From Harriotta raleighana (taxonomy: Eukaryota), in contig JBNZDD010013681.1 in the NCBI GenBank assembly GCA_050575255.1, positions 2,648,681-2,712,680 of the forward strand: a stretch of DNA of 64,000 nt, given 5' to 3'. This document shows positions 51,481 through 64,000 of this stretch, piece after piece. The notes under the pieces are model-generated. The model ran no database searches and was not told where the DNA came from. It saw only the letters and a list, made by a program, of their open reading frames with translations. Both the position numbers and the translations under genes were made by a program. Each line of letters opens with the position of its first letter. Within the stretch, counting starts at the first letter, position 1.

Positions 51481-51573
51481 CTCCTCAGGATTTAAACTGT
51501 CCACGCCTTTACTTTGAATACGATAAGACTCTGCTTACCTGTATAAGGAATGTGAAGAGTTCAAGTTTGGATC

Positions 51574-51659
51574 ATGTCTGATTCAAGCTTGTGGTCCATT
51601 CTCTCGGGCCTCTCCGCACCCCGTTTTCTAAATGGAACCAGGCTACGCCGATCCAAAAG
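51574..51659 (+). CDS. MAST4: MAST-family kinase alternative first coding exon (MSDSSLWSILSGLSAPRFLNGTRLRRSK + AG)
   Basis: ATG preceded by an in-frame stop (51553-55), 28 codons plus AG, and a gtaatt donor. Resembles the MAST1 start MSDSLWTALSNFS...RRTKS and the recalled MAST4 isoform MSDPNFW...RLRRTQS. Confidence 0.85.
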
Positions 51660-52169
51660 GTAATTTTAACCTGATAGCCATGTAGCGGTTTGTGACGTCC
51701 TCCCGACGTGTTATATAAATGTAATTTTGTTGTTGTTGTTGTTGTAGCGGTGGTTTAATATTAAGCAATTATGATTCTTCTATTTGCAATTTTAAAAAGC
51801 TACAAAATTCGCAGATGTGTGTATTTGCAACTTGAAAGCCAGCTTTGTTTCCAGTGAATTTAAAGTTTCTGTATACACTCGTCGTAGAATGGTAAGCTAG
51901 CAAACTGAGCAGTGGGCACAGCTAGACAAGGGAGATTGTATTTGCTAACCCTGCATCCTGTTTATATTGCTTTGCAAATGTATATGAGTGTTTGAAGTTG
52001 ACTGAGCAATGTGTTTTTTTTCAGAATTTTAATATTTAAGGGTAGAAACCATGGAATAATTGTTCCTCACAGTGTAGTGTAGGGTTTAAAAACCTAACTA
52101 TTTACCTTCATGTACCTCCAGATTTCAGTGTGTTTTTGTTTAGTTTTCGTCTTGGCAAACACAAATAAC

Positions 52170-52395
52170 TTTAAAACAAAAACGGAGGTTGCTGGGAATG
52201 CTCAACAAGTCCAGTAGCATCTATGGAAAAGGGAAAGTGGGTCAACGTTTTGGGTCGACGACCCTTCATTCTGACGAAGAGTTGTGAACCCGAAACGTTG
52301 ACCCACTTTCCTTTCAGCACAGATGCTGCCTGGCCTGCTCAGTGTTCAGTGTCTCTGGTTTTGTTTCAGATCTCCAGCATCTGCAGTATTTTGCA
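52170..52395. mobile_element. Penelope-like terminal fragment arranged as a palindrome
   Basis: ggaaagtgggtcaacgtttt versus gaaacgttgacccactttcc. The arms extend to aaacaaaa / ttttgttt, with the centre near 52270. Confidence 0.75.
52267..52303 (+). ncRNA. Minimal type I hammerhead ribozyme-like motif
   Basis: CTGACGA-A-GAGTT gtg AACCC-GAAACGTT. The core boxes are intact but stem I is poor. Confidence 0.4.
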
Positions 52396-54042
52396 TTTCA
52401 CAAATCACTGTAGAGATCTGTTAAACTTGTCATAGAGAGAGAAACAGTAAGAGTCAAGGGAAAGCGAGGGAAGTCAGCAGCTGTGTCGGTGGCTGTAGAC
52501 AGTTGAAGTGAAATTTTGATCATCTGTCATTGTGTTGTATGCCCCCCTCCCCTCCCCCCCAACTTGATGGATAATTGAAATTGGCGAACAACATGATCCA
52601 CTGGCTCACAAATTATGGAAATTAACCTCAACATTCACTTAACATCCGACATTTGTTGATAGGACAATACTATCTATTATTCAGCATATGTAAACTATGT
52701 GCAAATATAGGTATATTATCATTATATGTAAACCATATGTAAAGGTGTAAATACAGTCATGAACCAATAGAAAGNAATACTATCTATTATTCAGCATATG
52801 TAAACTATGTGCAAATATAGGTATATTATCATTATATGTAAACCATATGTAAAGGTGTAAATATAGTCATGAACCAATAGAAAGGATATGTGCAATTTAA
52901 GGAATCCTTTTCATTGGTTAAGTAAAGATGCCTGTATTTNGGAATCCTTTTCATTGGTTAAGTAAAGATGCCTATATATCCATGGATTTTCACATGGTTT
53001 ACACTCAGCACATAAGCATCTGAAAAAGCATTCGTCGGGAAAAAGAGCATCATAATATCCAACACATGTAACAGTGTGTTACTTTACTTTATTAAGTAAA
53101 TTGAGCTTCCTCAAATGAACCTCATGTACATCACTCTGACCTCAGAAGGCAGAGCACAAATTTGAGATAGTCATAGACAAATTATATATGTAAATGGTCC
53201 CCGCAGAGATACACATTATATTCTTGGGCACATTTTCTGGCTCTGAGACAGCATTTATGTTACTGTTTCCTTGAAGATCCCTTTCGAATCTGAATCTTTT
53301 TGTTTATAACGGTACCTAAATGGACTCCAATATGGATAAGTTGTTTGAATATAATGTTATTAAATTGGGAATGCTATTCTTCTCTTGCCATTTTCTGCAT
53401 CTGTTACAAACATTGCTCGTGAAAAAAACGCATTTTTTTCAAAATACAATGCAAAATACTTCTAATCTACAGATTTTAGCTGTCATTTTTCATGGCTCAA
53501 TTGGAAGGTAATTTTTTAGTCATCAGTAAATGTACAGACCGACTAATTAGGCAGGAGCATTGTGTTCTCTGAATACTATGGCATTGTAGTTTATTGGTTC
53601 TGCAAACTAAGAATAGAATTGCAGGTAGTGTTGATGTAGGGATGGCATCTAGTAACACCCAGGGAAATTGAGCCTTCAAGAAAGGTAAAGAACTACGTAC
53701 GTCTGTTGAAAATCTTTCTGAAAAAAATGCTCTAGGGCAAAGTAGGACTAGCATTTCACAAAGTCTTAAACTTAAAATTTATAATAACTCAGCAAAGTGA
53801 AAAAAATACTCTCGATTTGGAAGCTATTTTATTGTGATTGTTGAGTGACGTTCCTCCAGGGCACAACTGAGGACACTGCTTTGTGTGCAGTTGGACTGAG
53901 GACATCGGGGATGTTAATTTTAATTCAGTGTGATCATTGCAGTTTTTATTCCCCAAAATTTGACAACCCAAATCAAAAGTTTCACAATTTTTAGGCTCAT
54001 GTAAGGACCTGGAGTTTGTTTTGTGCCTTGGGCAACAACATT

Positions 54043-54330
54043 GGAGGCCTGTAACTCAGTGGTTAGAGCACTCGCCTTACAAGTGTGAGACCTGTTCAAA
54101 TTCAAACAGGTCAGGGCGAAACCTTGGCAAGTTTCCTTACTCCTCAAGCCTAAAAATAATCCCTCCAAAAAAAAAATTGGTCATTTCAATCCATGACTGT
54201 TTCTGGGACACTGGCTGCCGCATTTCGCCCACAAGTATACAGTCAATTCACTTTATAGTATATTTTGTGAAGCGCTTTGAGATGCCTAGAAGACATGAAA
54301 AGTGCTTTATCAAATGCAAGGATTATTATA
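54043..54330 (+). mobile_element. Family A SINE with a small internal deletion
   Basis: Head, body and tail are present. The central gctgtgcgcaatt is missing. Confidence 0.85.
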
Positions 54331-54673
54331 ATATATTTCTGCTTTCTTCAGAAATATGTCTGCTCCTTTCAGCAAATGTTCTCTTCTCAAATTTTCTAAC
54401 TTTTTAAGACAGTCACATTACTTTATTTGATGCAAAGGTCAGTGTGTTTCAGATGCTCCTGGTGAATCTTCCTATGTTTGTTTTAGTTGGTACTAGGACC
54501 TCAGAAATTTTGCCTAGAAATGTTTGGAAACTCTGTTTAAATAGATGGCAGGATTTTGAATTTTTGCTACTGATTTATTTCGCCAAATTCAAACCAATAT
54601 GTCACCATTATCAATGTGGCATGTACAATACATCTTGTTACAAACTTATAAATTGATAACCACCAATTTTTTG

Positions 54674-54992
54674 TGGAACCCTGTAACTCAGTGGTTAAAG
54701 CACTTGCCTCGCAAGTGAGAGATGTGGGTTTGATTCACGACAAGGCAAACCCTGGTCAAGTTTCCTTACTCCACACACCTGATAATAATCCTTCAAGAAA
54801 AAAAACACTTAAAAAAGTTTGTCACTCAATCCACGACTGTTTGTGGGACACTGCTCTGCGAAATTAGTTGCAGGTGCAAATTAGTTTCATCCACAAATAT
54901 ACAGTCAATTTACTTTATAATATATTCTGTGAAGCACTTTGAGACATCTAGAAGACATGATAAGCACTATGTCAAATGCAAGACTTATCATT
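54674..54992 (+). mobile_element. Family A SINE, full length
   Basis: Head with a CTCGCAA anticodon loop, body and tail. Confidence 0.82.
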
Positions 54993-55744
54993 ACAAGGAC
55001 ATGTATCAGCATAACAACCACTGTCGAGAGTTCCTACAATGTGTAATGCATTCAGACGGAGTAATCTTCATGTTTTTACTTAAAAGTTTCTTTCAATTTA
55101 GGTTCCAAAGGATGTAATGATTTCATCTTTAAGGTAGTTCCCAATCTGAAAATATCACTTGAGACTGAGCCTATTTTGATGCAAAAAATTTTTTTCACAC
55201 TCCGAAGTATTTGAACGTTGCCTTTATTCTTGATGTCTTAATTGTGTGAATTGAGATCACATTTCATAGACCTCATTCATACCCTGCTACTCATTCTAAT
55301 TCTGATTTTGAATACTTAGTATTCAATTTATACTCCCATTGCTTGTAAAATTGACAGGCCCTTGGACGTGAATATGTATCATTTCTTGTTTGATGGTAAA
55401 GTAACCAATACAGCAATAAGTGATGTATGTTGAGAGTTTTCACTCTAAACTGCATAAATCAAGAAAAAATAGGCTCAGGGGTGGCGGCTTTTCTCCCCTA
55501 TGCAATTGAGAGTTTGTATGACGCTTGTGTGAATTTGTAGAATATAATCCTATCTCAATGTGATTATTCAAGCGGTGGGTTTGAATTATTTGATTGTAGT
55601 TAAAGGGACAAATTCTACACTCACACAGTTCTAAATTATGAAAGCTTTATGATGAAATGCTCCAAGATACTACTCCTTTGAGAAGGGTTTTGTATAAATG
55701 CAAATTGTTGTTGTTCTGATTGAATAATCTGCTCAGTAATTAGA

Positions 55745-55840
55745 CATAAGAACATAAGAAGTAGGAGCAGGAGTAGGCCATTCAACCTCTCGAGTCTGCC
55801 CTGCCATTTAATAAAATCATGGCTGATCTAACCTAATTCC
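55745..55840 (-). mobile_element. CR1 3' tail
   Basis: cataagaacataagaagtaggagcaggagtaggccattc...atcatggctgatct. Confidence 0.75.
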
Positions 55841-55859
55841 TATGTGGGGGGACAGATTA

Positions 55860-55975
55860 TTTTTAGGTGTGTGGAGTAAGGAAACTTGCCCAAGCTTTTG
55901 CGCTGCTTGGATTCGAAACATAGATCTCATGCTTGTAACGCGAGTGCTCTAACCACTGAGCTACAGGACTCCACA
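55860..55975 (-). mobile_element. Family A SINE head fragment
   Basis: gagtgctctaaccactgagctacaggactcc is the reverse complement of the head. Confidence 0.78.
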
Positions 55976-58014
55976 ATGAGTCCAAATGATTGTACTGTAC
56001 TTCTTTTGCAGAGCGAACCACAGTCTTCAAACTATAGTTACTTCATGGTTTGCAATTATGAGTACAATGTCACAATCTATTCACTTCCTAAAGAATCAGC
56101 CACTGTTCTACTGAGGTGAGGTTGTTAGTTCATTTGGGTGTGGAACTTTTATTGTTAATAACGTCCATTCAGAAGAATGTAGGAGTGACACAGTGACATC
56201 ACTGTTATTCATCTAGAAATGTTTCCTGATGCTTTTAGTTTTTCAGCTGAGCGTCTTGAACCATAGGGATACACCCTGCTTGCTTAATCCCGAAAAGTAC
56301 TCTGTCAAGTTTCTCAAGCAAGTTTCTTTGGCTTTAGCCAGAGTCAAAGCTTGGAAAACATCAGAAAGTAGATGATATTTGATTTCCACATTGAGAAAGC
56401 GGGACAGAAGGAATAGTATGGGGGACAATCTATTTGAAGGTTAGGAATTCAAGAAGAGTTGGGAGGATTAGTAGGTTAACAAGATGGAGAAAAGTTACAC
56501 TGATGAACAGTAAGATTTCTGAGGTTGCTTGTGTTATGATTTGATTGCCATTTGTTTTGCCCCAGCAACTACCATTATTAGGTAGGGTTTGAGGAGGTTG
56601 CAAAAGCAGACTAGGCAGTCTGCAGAAGGATTTAAAGGTGAGAAAATAGATCTTGAACTAATTCTGCTATTGGGTCAGTGAGCCAAAGGATCAGGGCGAG
56701 TATGGGAGTGAAAGGTTTATGGAGCGTGGTGTGGGAAAATGCTCAGGCTGCAGTATTCTGCAGGGATACAATAGAAAGAATCACATAAAATGATTGCACA
56801 GTAAATCCCAGTTCAGTCATTACAGACTGCTTAGTGGTAGAAGTAATTCCTAATAGTTCTCCTAGCTATTTAAATGGTCTGACAGTAGAGCCTATGTGTT
56901 ATATATTTTTTCCTTCACTATCTTGGGTCCACTCCAGCCCATGTGCTTTAGAAGCTGAAGTTTCTAGCCACTAATTTTCCCAATGTCTTATGGAACAGTG
57001 CAGATGCTGTAGAATTATTATTTCTTGTCCCATTAAGTAAACCCCAGCTGATCATTGTGTGCAACAGAGAGTGTGATACTTTCTAATCTGCATTGCAGAT
57101 GTCTTGTACTAGCGCCTTGGGACATCCTCCTGATGTGAAAGGCACTATAGAAGTGTAATTTTGTTGCTTGTTGTTGATTTGTGTTAAGATTTTCTCTGTT
57201 AGCCAACTGCTCTTTGGCAACTCAGCAAAGACTCAATGTTAGTTCAAATCCTGCAAATATTCCTGCTTAAATTATTTCCCAATTTTATTCCAATATCATT
57301 TACTTTTTTAATGTTTCAATTTTTTTTTCAGTTTCATCCAATGAACAATTTTGGCCAACATTAAAAAAAAATCAACATTAAACTCATGTACGTTTAGTAC
57401 TCACTAATTTTCATTCAAAGAATTATTTAAAGCTTAATTAGTAATATTGCATTGAGCAGTGAACAACACATTTGTACAAGTACAAGTACTTTCACTTCTA
57501 AGTAAGAAAGCTATGGGATACCATTGGGGCTCATGGTTTAGGCAGGCATTAAAGTAGACATTCCAGTAAAGTACCAGGAAGTACCATCTTTCAAAAGTGA
57601 ACCTAAATCTGTTTAGTTCAGGCCAAGTTAAAAGTTTTAACGCCACTATTCAAATAGAAAAATAAATTTCTTTTTATTTACTGCCAGTTGCAGAATGGTA
57701 AAATCATATCATCAATACCAATTTTAACTAAAGACTCCTGCATCTCAAAATGCTTTCCAACATATATTTGGTCAGGAATTAAATGAATGTTATATGCATA
57801 TCACAGTTGATCTGAAAGACAACACCTCCGAGAATGCAGCCTCAGTGGCTTAGGCCAAGTTCAAAGCTGCGACATGGGATGGAACCCCCAAACTTCTGTC
57901 TCGGAGGCAAAAGCACTACTGAGCTGACAATTATCTACTAATAAACTACCAGTTTATTAATAATCACCAATAATAATCATAGGATTTCATATAGCATCTT
58001 ATCACTTTTCTAGA

Positions 58015-59040
58015 TAATAACAACAACAAAATTACAGGTGTATAGCACCTTTCACGTCAGGAGGACGTCCCAAAGCCAGTCATTGTTTCAAACCCGAGCT
58101 GAGATCAGGGATGGGGAGGGTGGAGGGAAAGGGGAGGATTTGGGGTGACCGATGGGACGGTCAAAGAGGAGAGTCTTGAGGTGGAACTTGAAGGAGGCCA
58201 GGGAGGGGATGAGGCGGAGGGACTGTGGGATGGAATTCCTAAGGTTGGGGGCAGAGTGGCTGAAGGCTCACCCGCCAATAGTGGAGCAGATGGGTCGGGA
58301 TACGTGCAGTAGGTCGGAACCTGCTGAGCGGAGGGAGTAGGCAGGTTGGTAGGATGTTCAGAGGTCACAGAGGTAGGATGGAGCAAGGCCATGGAGGGCT
58401 TGCTTTGAATGTGAAGATCAGGGTCTTTAATTGGATCCTTTGGGTGATAGGGAGCCAATCGAGTCGGGCGAGGATGGGGGAGATGGGGTCACAAAGCTTG
58501 GAGCATTAGAGGTCACTGGCCGCAGAGTTCTGGATTATCTGCAACATATGGAGGAAGGACTTGGAAAGGCTGACAAGTAGGATATTGGCACAGTCGAGCC
58601 GGGGTGTAATGAAGGCGTGTATGAAGGTTTCAGTGGCCTAGGTGGTAAAGTGGAGCTGGGAGATGAGGAGAGAGATGGGGAATGGGGTTGAGGGAGCAGG
58701 TGGTGACTTTCATTTTTTGTATGAGAGCAGAGCTTGGAGGGAGAGATAGGGTCAAAGGTGTGTAGTGGGGGGTGGGAGGGAGATGGATCCTGGGGAAGAG
58801 GTAATGGGGAAGCAGTGGTGGACAGGGTAGAGGTGGATGAACGGATCCGCTCAATGTTCGATTCGAGGAAGACCGACATCTCCTCGAAGTTGGAGTTGAA
58901 TGATAGGATGGGTGAGGAGTGGGTAGATGGATGGAGGAGATGGTTTGTGGTGGAGAAGAGGAGCCTGGGTTGTCCTTGGCCTCCAAGATTCATTTGGAGT
59001 AATAGGAGGACTTGGCAGAGGCAAGGGCAGAGCGGTAGGC
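58015..59040 (-). mobile_element. L2 LINE remnant with 3' end, internally deleted
   Basis: (AAC)n tail and peptides PRLLFSTTNHLL...FLESNIERIRS and KVTTCSLNPIP. Confidence 0.82.
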
Positions 59041-59044
59041 CTCA

Positions 59045-59172
59045 TAGTAGATGTCTCATATCACTTCACAGAATATACTGTAAAGTGAATTGTCTGTATA
59101 TTTGTGGGCGAAACCCGGCAGTCAGTTACACACAGCAGTGTCCTACAACAGCTGTGGATTCAAATGACCAAA
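59045..59172 (-). mobile_element. Family A SINE internal fragment
   Basis: cttcacagaatatactgtaaagtgaattg...cagcagtgtcc. Confidence 0.72.
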
Positions 59173-59454
59173 GGGAGTCATTTAGAAATTAAAACATTCA
59201 TAGAGTCTGAATACTAACTACAATGATCTTTACATTTGGTGTAGCACCTTACGACGCTATCAAAATATCTCAAAACACTTCACAGGATTTACTGAAGCAA
59301 TTGCTGTTGTGATGGGAAGGAGGTAGAAGATGTTTTCTATGGAAATTAACAACAAATAGATCGAAGCCCATTCTTCATCCGAATCTCTCGTGTGACCTGG
59401 AAATTAGACTTTTGTCCCATTCTAATTCTGTGTACAGTGCTTCCCACGCTGTTT

Positions 59455-59625
59455 ACCAACAACAAAACTACATTTGTATTGCGCCTTTCACATTGGGAGG
59501 ACGTCCCGAGGCGCTTGACTTTCACTGTTTTGGATCCGAGCCAGCAGTTGGGTTCGGGGAGGGTGGAGGGCAGCAGTGATGCAAGGGTGACCGAAGGCAC
59601 GGTCAAAGAGGAAGGACTTAAGATA
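59455..59625 (-). mobile_element. L2 3' end, 5' truncated
   Basis: Parallels 58015-58190 (gggtgaccga...acggtcaaagagga). Confidence 0.72.
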
Positions 59626-61354
59626 GGTATGTGTCATGAGATCTGTTTCCTTCAGTTCACATTCTTTTAGAGAATGTCAAGAGGATCACACAATCTTAAA
59701 TTACTTAATTGAATTAAATTAATTTAATAAATTGGATTAAATAAATGACGCTTTCATTGAAATTTGAGATCAATTCAATGGTATTATTCCCCATAAAGAA
59801 GAACCCTTTTGTAACATACTGCAATATACAGTAGAACAGTCTGTGCTGATCTGGCAATCTTTATCACGTGGAAAGCTATCAGGTTTGTATCTAAAGCAAA
59901 CTTAGGTCCACGTATGTCAAATTCCCAAGACATCCAAATTCAGACAGATGATAAATTTTCTAAAATTTTGCACAATCTTAATATTGTAGTTTTCAAATTT
60001 AAAACTGAGATGTAATTGATGTCAGTTGTGATCCCTGCACCTTTCCCGATCCCTACCCCCAGCTTGGGTCTGAAATCCTGTCTATACAGCGCCTTGGGAT
60101 GTCCTCCTGACATTTCAGGCGCTATACCAAAGTAATTATGTTGTAATTGTTTGTTGTTATTGTTGATCCTTTTATGTGGAGCACCCAAGTCAGTCTTCTC
60201 TCTGATATGATTTGTATTCAATATTAAAAAAGATGGTCCAATGATCTGCAAGAATTGTTTTTAATTGCACTGTATATTTTTGTGTGCAATGCTATTTCTC
60301 TTCCGGTCAATTGTTGCAAACAGGATGCAATTTCCTTGTATCATATTGCCTCAGCATTATAATTGCACTTTGAGTGCCTGGCACATAAGAAGATAGATGT
60401 TCAATACTTTTTTTTAGAAAACGTCTATGTAACCACATAAATATGGGAGCTATAAAAGTAAGATGCAGTCTCATTTCAAGATTCAATCACAATTCATACC
60501 AAGCTTCTCATACTGTGTTGCATGTTTTAGTCATATAAAATTATTCTGTTTTCTAACTTCTAACTCCATCTTTTAATATTCTGGGACATTAAAATAGTTA
60601 TTTATAATTGAATACATGGAGAAAACTAACAGGAAAGGATGTAAATTAGATTTTTTTTCTGACAGTAATGGAAATTTATCCCAAAGAAATCCCACATACT
60701 GATTTCAAAACAAAATATCTTCACTGCAGTTTGGTAGATGGTAGGGTATGGATCATCTTTGTAAAGGCTGGAAAAGGAAAGAGGAGATTAGGTGTGATTT
60801 ACTGAAGTACTTGTTCTTGCAAAATCAATCTTTGTAAATGGCATGAACACAAAAGAACAGTGAAGATCTATCACATTTCTGAGGCAGAAATTTTATTCTT
60901 ACACATAACAGTGAATGTATCATAAATATAAATTGGTCTCCATACAAATATTAATGTTTACATTGCTGTTATAAGTCATTGCATTCTGACTTAGCTTTGA
61001 TGTTGCACAGCATGGCATTTCCTTCAGGCAGTATTCAAATAGGTTACGGTTCCTATTCATGCTAATTTATTACTTAGCAGATTTGGGATTCACTTGGTTT
61101 TACCCAGAATCTAGGGCGAGCAGATAGCCTCCCTGCTCTTTAAATTAGCACCTGAAGCAAGGGAAATAAACAACGAGTAACGTTTGACACATCTCTGAAT
61201 CATCTTCGAGAATTGAAGGTGGTCCCAAAAGATTCATTTCAACTGCTGTATTTTATCAAACCACAGGGAAGAGTCCATTCTTGAGATTTCTTTGGGACAA
61301 CTACCCTTAAGTCAACGTCCGCCTCTATAGTACACTTCAACTCTGACTGTATAG

Positions 61355-62130
61355 CTCATAGAATCATACATTAGGCCCATCGTGTCTGCGCTGGCTCAAA
61401 GAGCTGTCCACTCAATCCCACTGGCTTCCACCACCCTTTCACGTAATACATTCCAGATCCAAACAACTCGCTGGGTGAAAACATTTTTCCTAACCTCCCC
61501 TCTGTTTTTTATAACAACTATCTTAAATCAGTGTCCTTGGGTTACTGACCCCATGCCAATGGAAATAGTTTTTCCAAATTCAACCTATCAAATTCCCTCA
61601 TGTTCTTGAAATCATGTATTAAATCCCCTTTATTAAATCCCCTCTTAATCTTTTCTGCTCTAGGGAGAATAATCTTAATTTCACTAACCTCTCCTCATAA
61701 CTAAGGTCCTTAATTTCTGGTACCTTCCTGGTAAATCTCCTTTGTAACCTCTCCAATGCCTTAACATCTTTTCTAATGTGTGGTGCCCAGAACTGAGGCC
61801 CAACCAGCATTTTATAAATATTCATCATAACCTCCTGACTTATTCTTTTTTAACAGCTTTATCTACCTGTCCTGCAACATTCAGAGATTTGCGTATATGG
61901 ACCCCCAGGTCTCTCTGTTCATTTTTATCCCCTTTAAAATGGTACCATCTAGCTTATACTGCCTCTCCTCATTCTTCCTACCCAAATGCAACACTTCGCA
62001 TTTCTCCACATTAAACCTAATTTGCCACATTTCTGCCCATTTTACCAATTTGTCTAAATCCTCTTGGAGTCTGGTGGTATCTTCCTCACCATTTACTACT
62101 TTTCCTAGCCTAGTATCATATGCAAATTTG
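61355..62130 (-). mobile_element. CR1/L3 LINE ORF2 C-terminus and 3' UTR
   Basis: Peptide QFWAPHIRKDVKALERLQRRFTRKVPEIKDLSYEERLVKLRLFSLEQKRLRGDLI is a canonical CR1 motif, with a catagaatcata tail. Confidence 0.9.
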
Positions 62131-62592
62131 GTGCTCCTTATATATCAACTGCATCCATCTCTTCTAGCCTGGAGGCTGACATAGTCTCAGCAATGGATAT
62201 GATCTCATTTTGGATCAAGTCACTTTATGATCCCCATTATGAGCAAAAAGGGATGCAGCTTTAGAGAATCAAAGTGTAGCTCACTATTGAAAATGGTGAT
62301 TCGGAGTGATTCTTGCTACCTCAGTCTAGTTTATCTTACACATTTATCTTCAAATCCCAACCAAAATTGCTGCAATTTATCTCCAAAACATGCAGAACAG
62401 AGGCATAAATTAAGTTAGTCTGATATCACAAAAGACAACCGTGTTAACACTAGAGACAAGTGAATGATTCCAGAGCTGGTTTTGTCATAACAATAGCATC
62501 TATAACCTGTTTTGCCAGGTAAATGAATAAGGAAACTAAATTCCAACCAGCAAACTTCAAATGCAACTAAAGCTGGCAGTCAGCTGTATATA

Positions 62593-62688
62593 TAAATCAA
62601 TTCACTTTACAGTATATTCTGTGAAGCGCTTTGAGATGTCTAAAAGATGTTTTAGATGCTATGTCAAATGCAAGTATTATTATTATTA
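62593..62688 (+). mobile_element. Family A SINE 3' fragment
   Basis: tcaattcactttacagtatattctgtgaagcgctttgag and an (ATT)n end. Confidence 0.75.
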
Positions 62689-64000
62689 TCCATAACTGTC
62701 TGCAGCCCATTGAGAAATATGAGGTGGCTTGTGGGCTAACCTGATCATAAACACCGCACTGAGTGTGGGAAGAGCCTGTTTGATTTTATTATCTGTTATG
62801 TAGCCTAGTCTAAGAGCAAAGTCTTTGTTGACATATGAGCTCTGTTTCAAAACACCTATTTGATCAAACATCCTCCCCAATTGTCAAGTTTACCCACCCG
62901 ATAAGCTTACTTGTCTCTCAGCTGTAAATTGGATGAGAAATGGCAAGAGAGAGAGAGATAGAGAGACCCTGTAAGATGGCTGCTTTAAAGTTTAATTTAT
63001 CTTAAAAGATCATTTCAGGTTATGAGAGCATTGTGAGTGATTCGATTTCTATGCCATCTCTTTTGTTTACAATACTGCAGATCTTAAACCTTTCGAATTG
63101 AATGCCACATGTACAGAGCAGCGAGGCTGGAGCAGAGATATCAAATCCCACACTGTTCTCTTGTTGCCTAGAGAAACCTGAGTGATCAAAGGGTTCCTCT
63201 GGCATAAGCCTTGGTCTGTGTTTACATTGGTAAAATGCCAGCATCTCAAAAGAATGAAACCCACATTTGCCTGGCAGTATAAACACATCCTTAGGTTCAA
63301 TAGAAATGTCTACTATTGAATTCTATTTTGTTGTGAGATTAAGCAAAAGCTCTTACTTATCTTAGTGATTTCCTCTATAAAATAAATCCAGATAGCTGTT
63401 TGGATAATGATGTTCATCTTAAGTAACAAGTATATACTTTGCAATAAGTAATCAAGTTCCTGGGATGTCATCAAGTCTGTTTTGGTCGGCCGAGTACATG
63501 GAGTGCAGAAACCACTGTTTTGCCATACTCTACAATGCTTCTACAATCAAAAACATCTTTGTGAAGAAATTCTCCCTGACCTGCTAGTTTGGGTTTTATG
63601 GATTTGCCACCTTTTAATGGGTCATTTTATATTTGTGGCTTGGTATTGCCTTTTAATTATTTCTCAGATTTTCTCTTTCAAATACTCATATTTAGTATTT
63701 AAAGAGGAAATTCACTCAATTTTGATAGCCACAAATAAGTTATTCTGTGTTCTTAACAAAAATCACCATGTTTAAAAGTATCTGAGCTGTACAGAATTCC
63801 ACATATCTTTGCCACCAACACATCAAAATTGAATGCTTTATCTGGAATGCAACTTGCTCCGGGGGGGATTCACATCTGCTTATCTAATTCTGGACAGTAT
63901 TAGGTACACATTGGCAAGACCCAAGGCTTAGAAATTCCACAGTGTGTTGATGTATATCTGGAGTTTAACCAGCTAAACTCACATAGCTAGCAATTTTCCT

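Noticed and set aside
52666-52975. Two apparent tandem duplications (~109 bp and ~33 bp)
   Set aside because: Each is centred on a single n (52775, 52940), so these are assembly artefacts rather than biology.
51660-64000. Common MAST exon CRTSNRKS
   Set aside because: The acceptor candidates I checked (near 56247, 61027, 62920 and 63018) do not give this peptide; it probably lies beyond the window.

Overview
AT-rich, repeat-dense vertebrate genomic DNA. The repeat content (tRNA-headed Deu-domain SINEs, SacSINE1-like and LF-SINE-like elements, L2 and CR1 LINE fragments, Penelope-type tails) points to a cartilaginous fish, possibly a chimaera; this is inference. None of the long ORFs in the supplied track is a real gene. 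The window is mostly intronic sequence from the 5' part of a MAST-family kinase gene on the + strand, most like MAST4. Four short coding exons were read by hand: KELSLPRRGS (11064-11095), alternative first exon MKTQRERLRIPGLTL (24658-24704), an 81-nt cassette LTPRSLSPTPTSPCSPCSPLHAFHFW (30668-30748) and alternative first exon MSDSSLWSILSGLSAPRFLNGTRLRRSK (51574-51659). All four end in phase 2. The shared CRTSNRKS exon was not found and probably lies downstream. The most unusual non-genic signals are two fold-back Penelope-derived palindromes with minimal hammerhead-like cores, a SINE family with a near-complete tRNA cloverleaf and long and short variants, and nested Tigger-like elements. I found no evidence of a wholly new biological system. 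Repeat boundaries are approximate, and family names come from recalled consensus sequences, not from a search.
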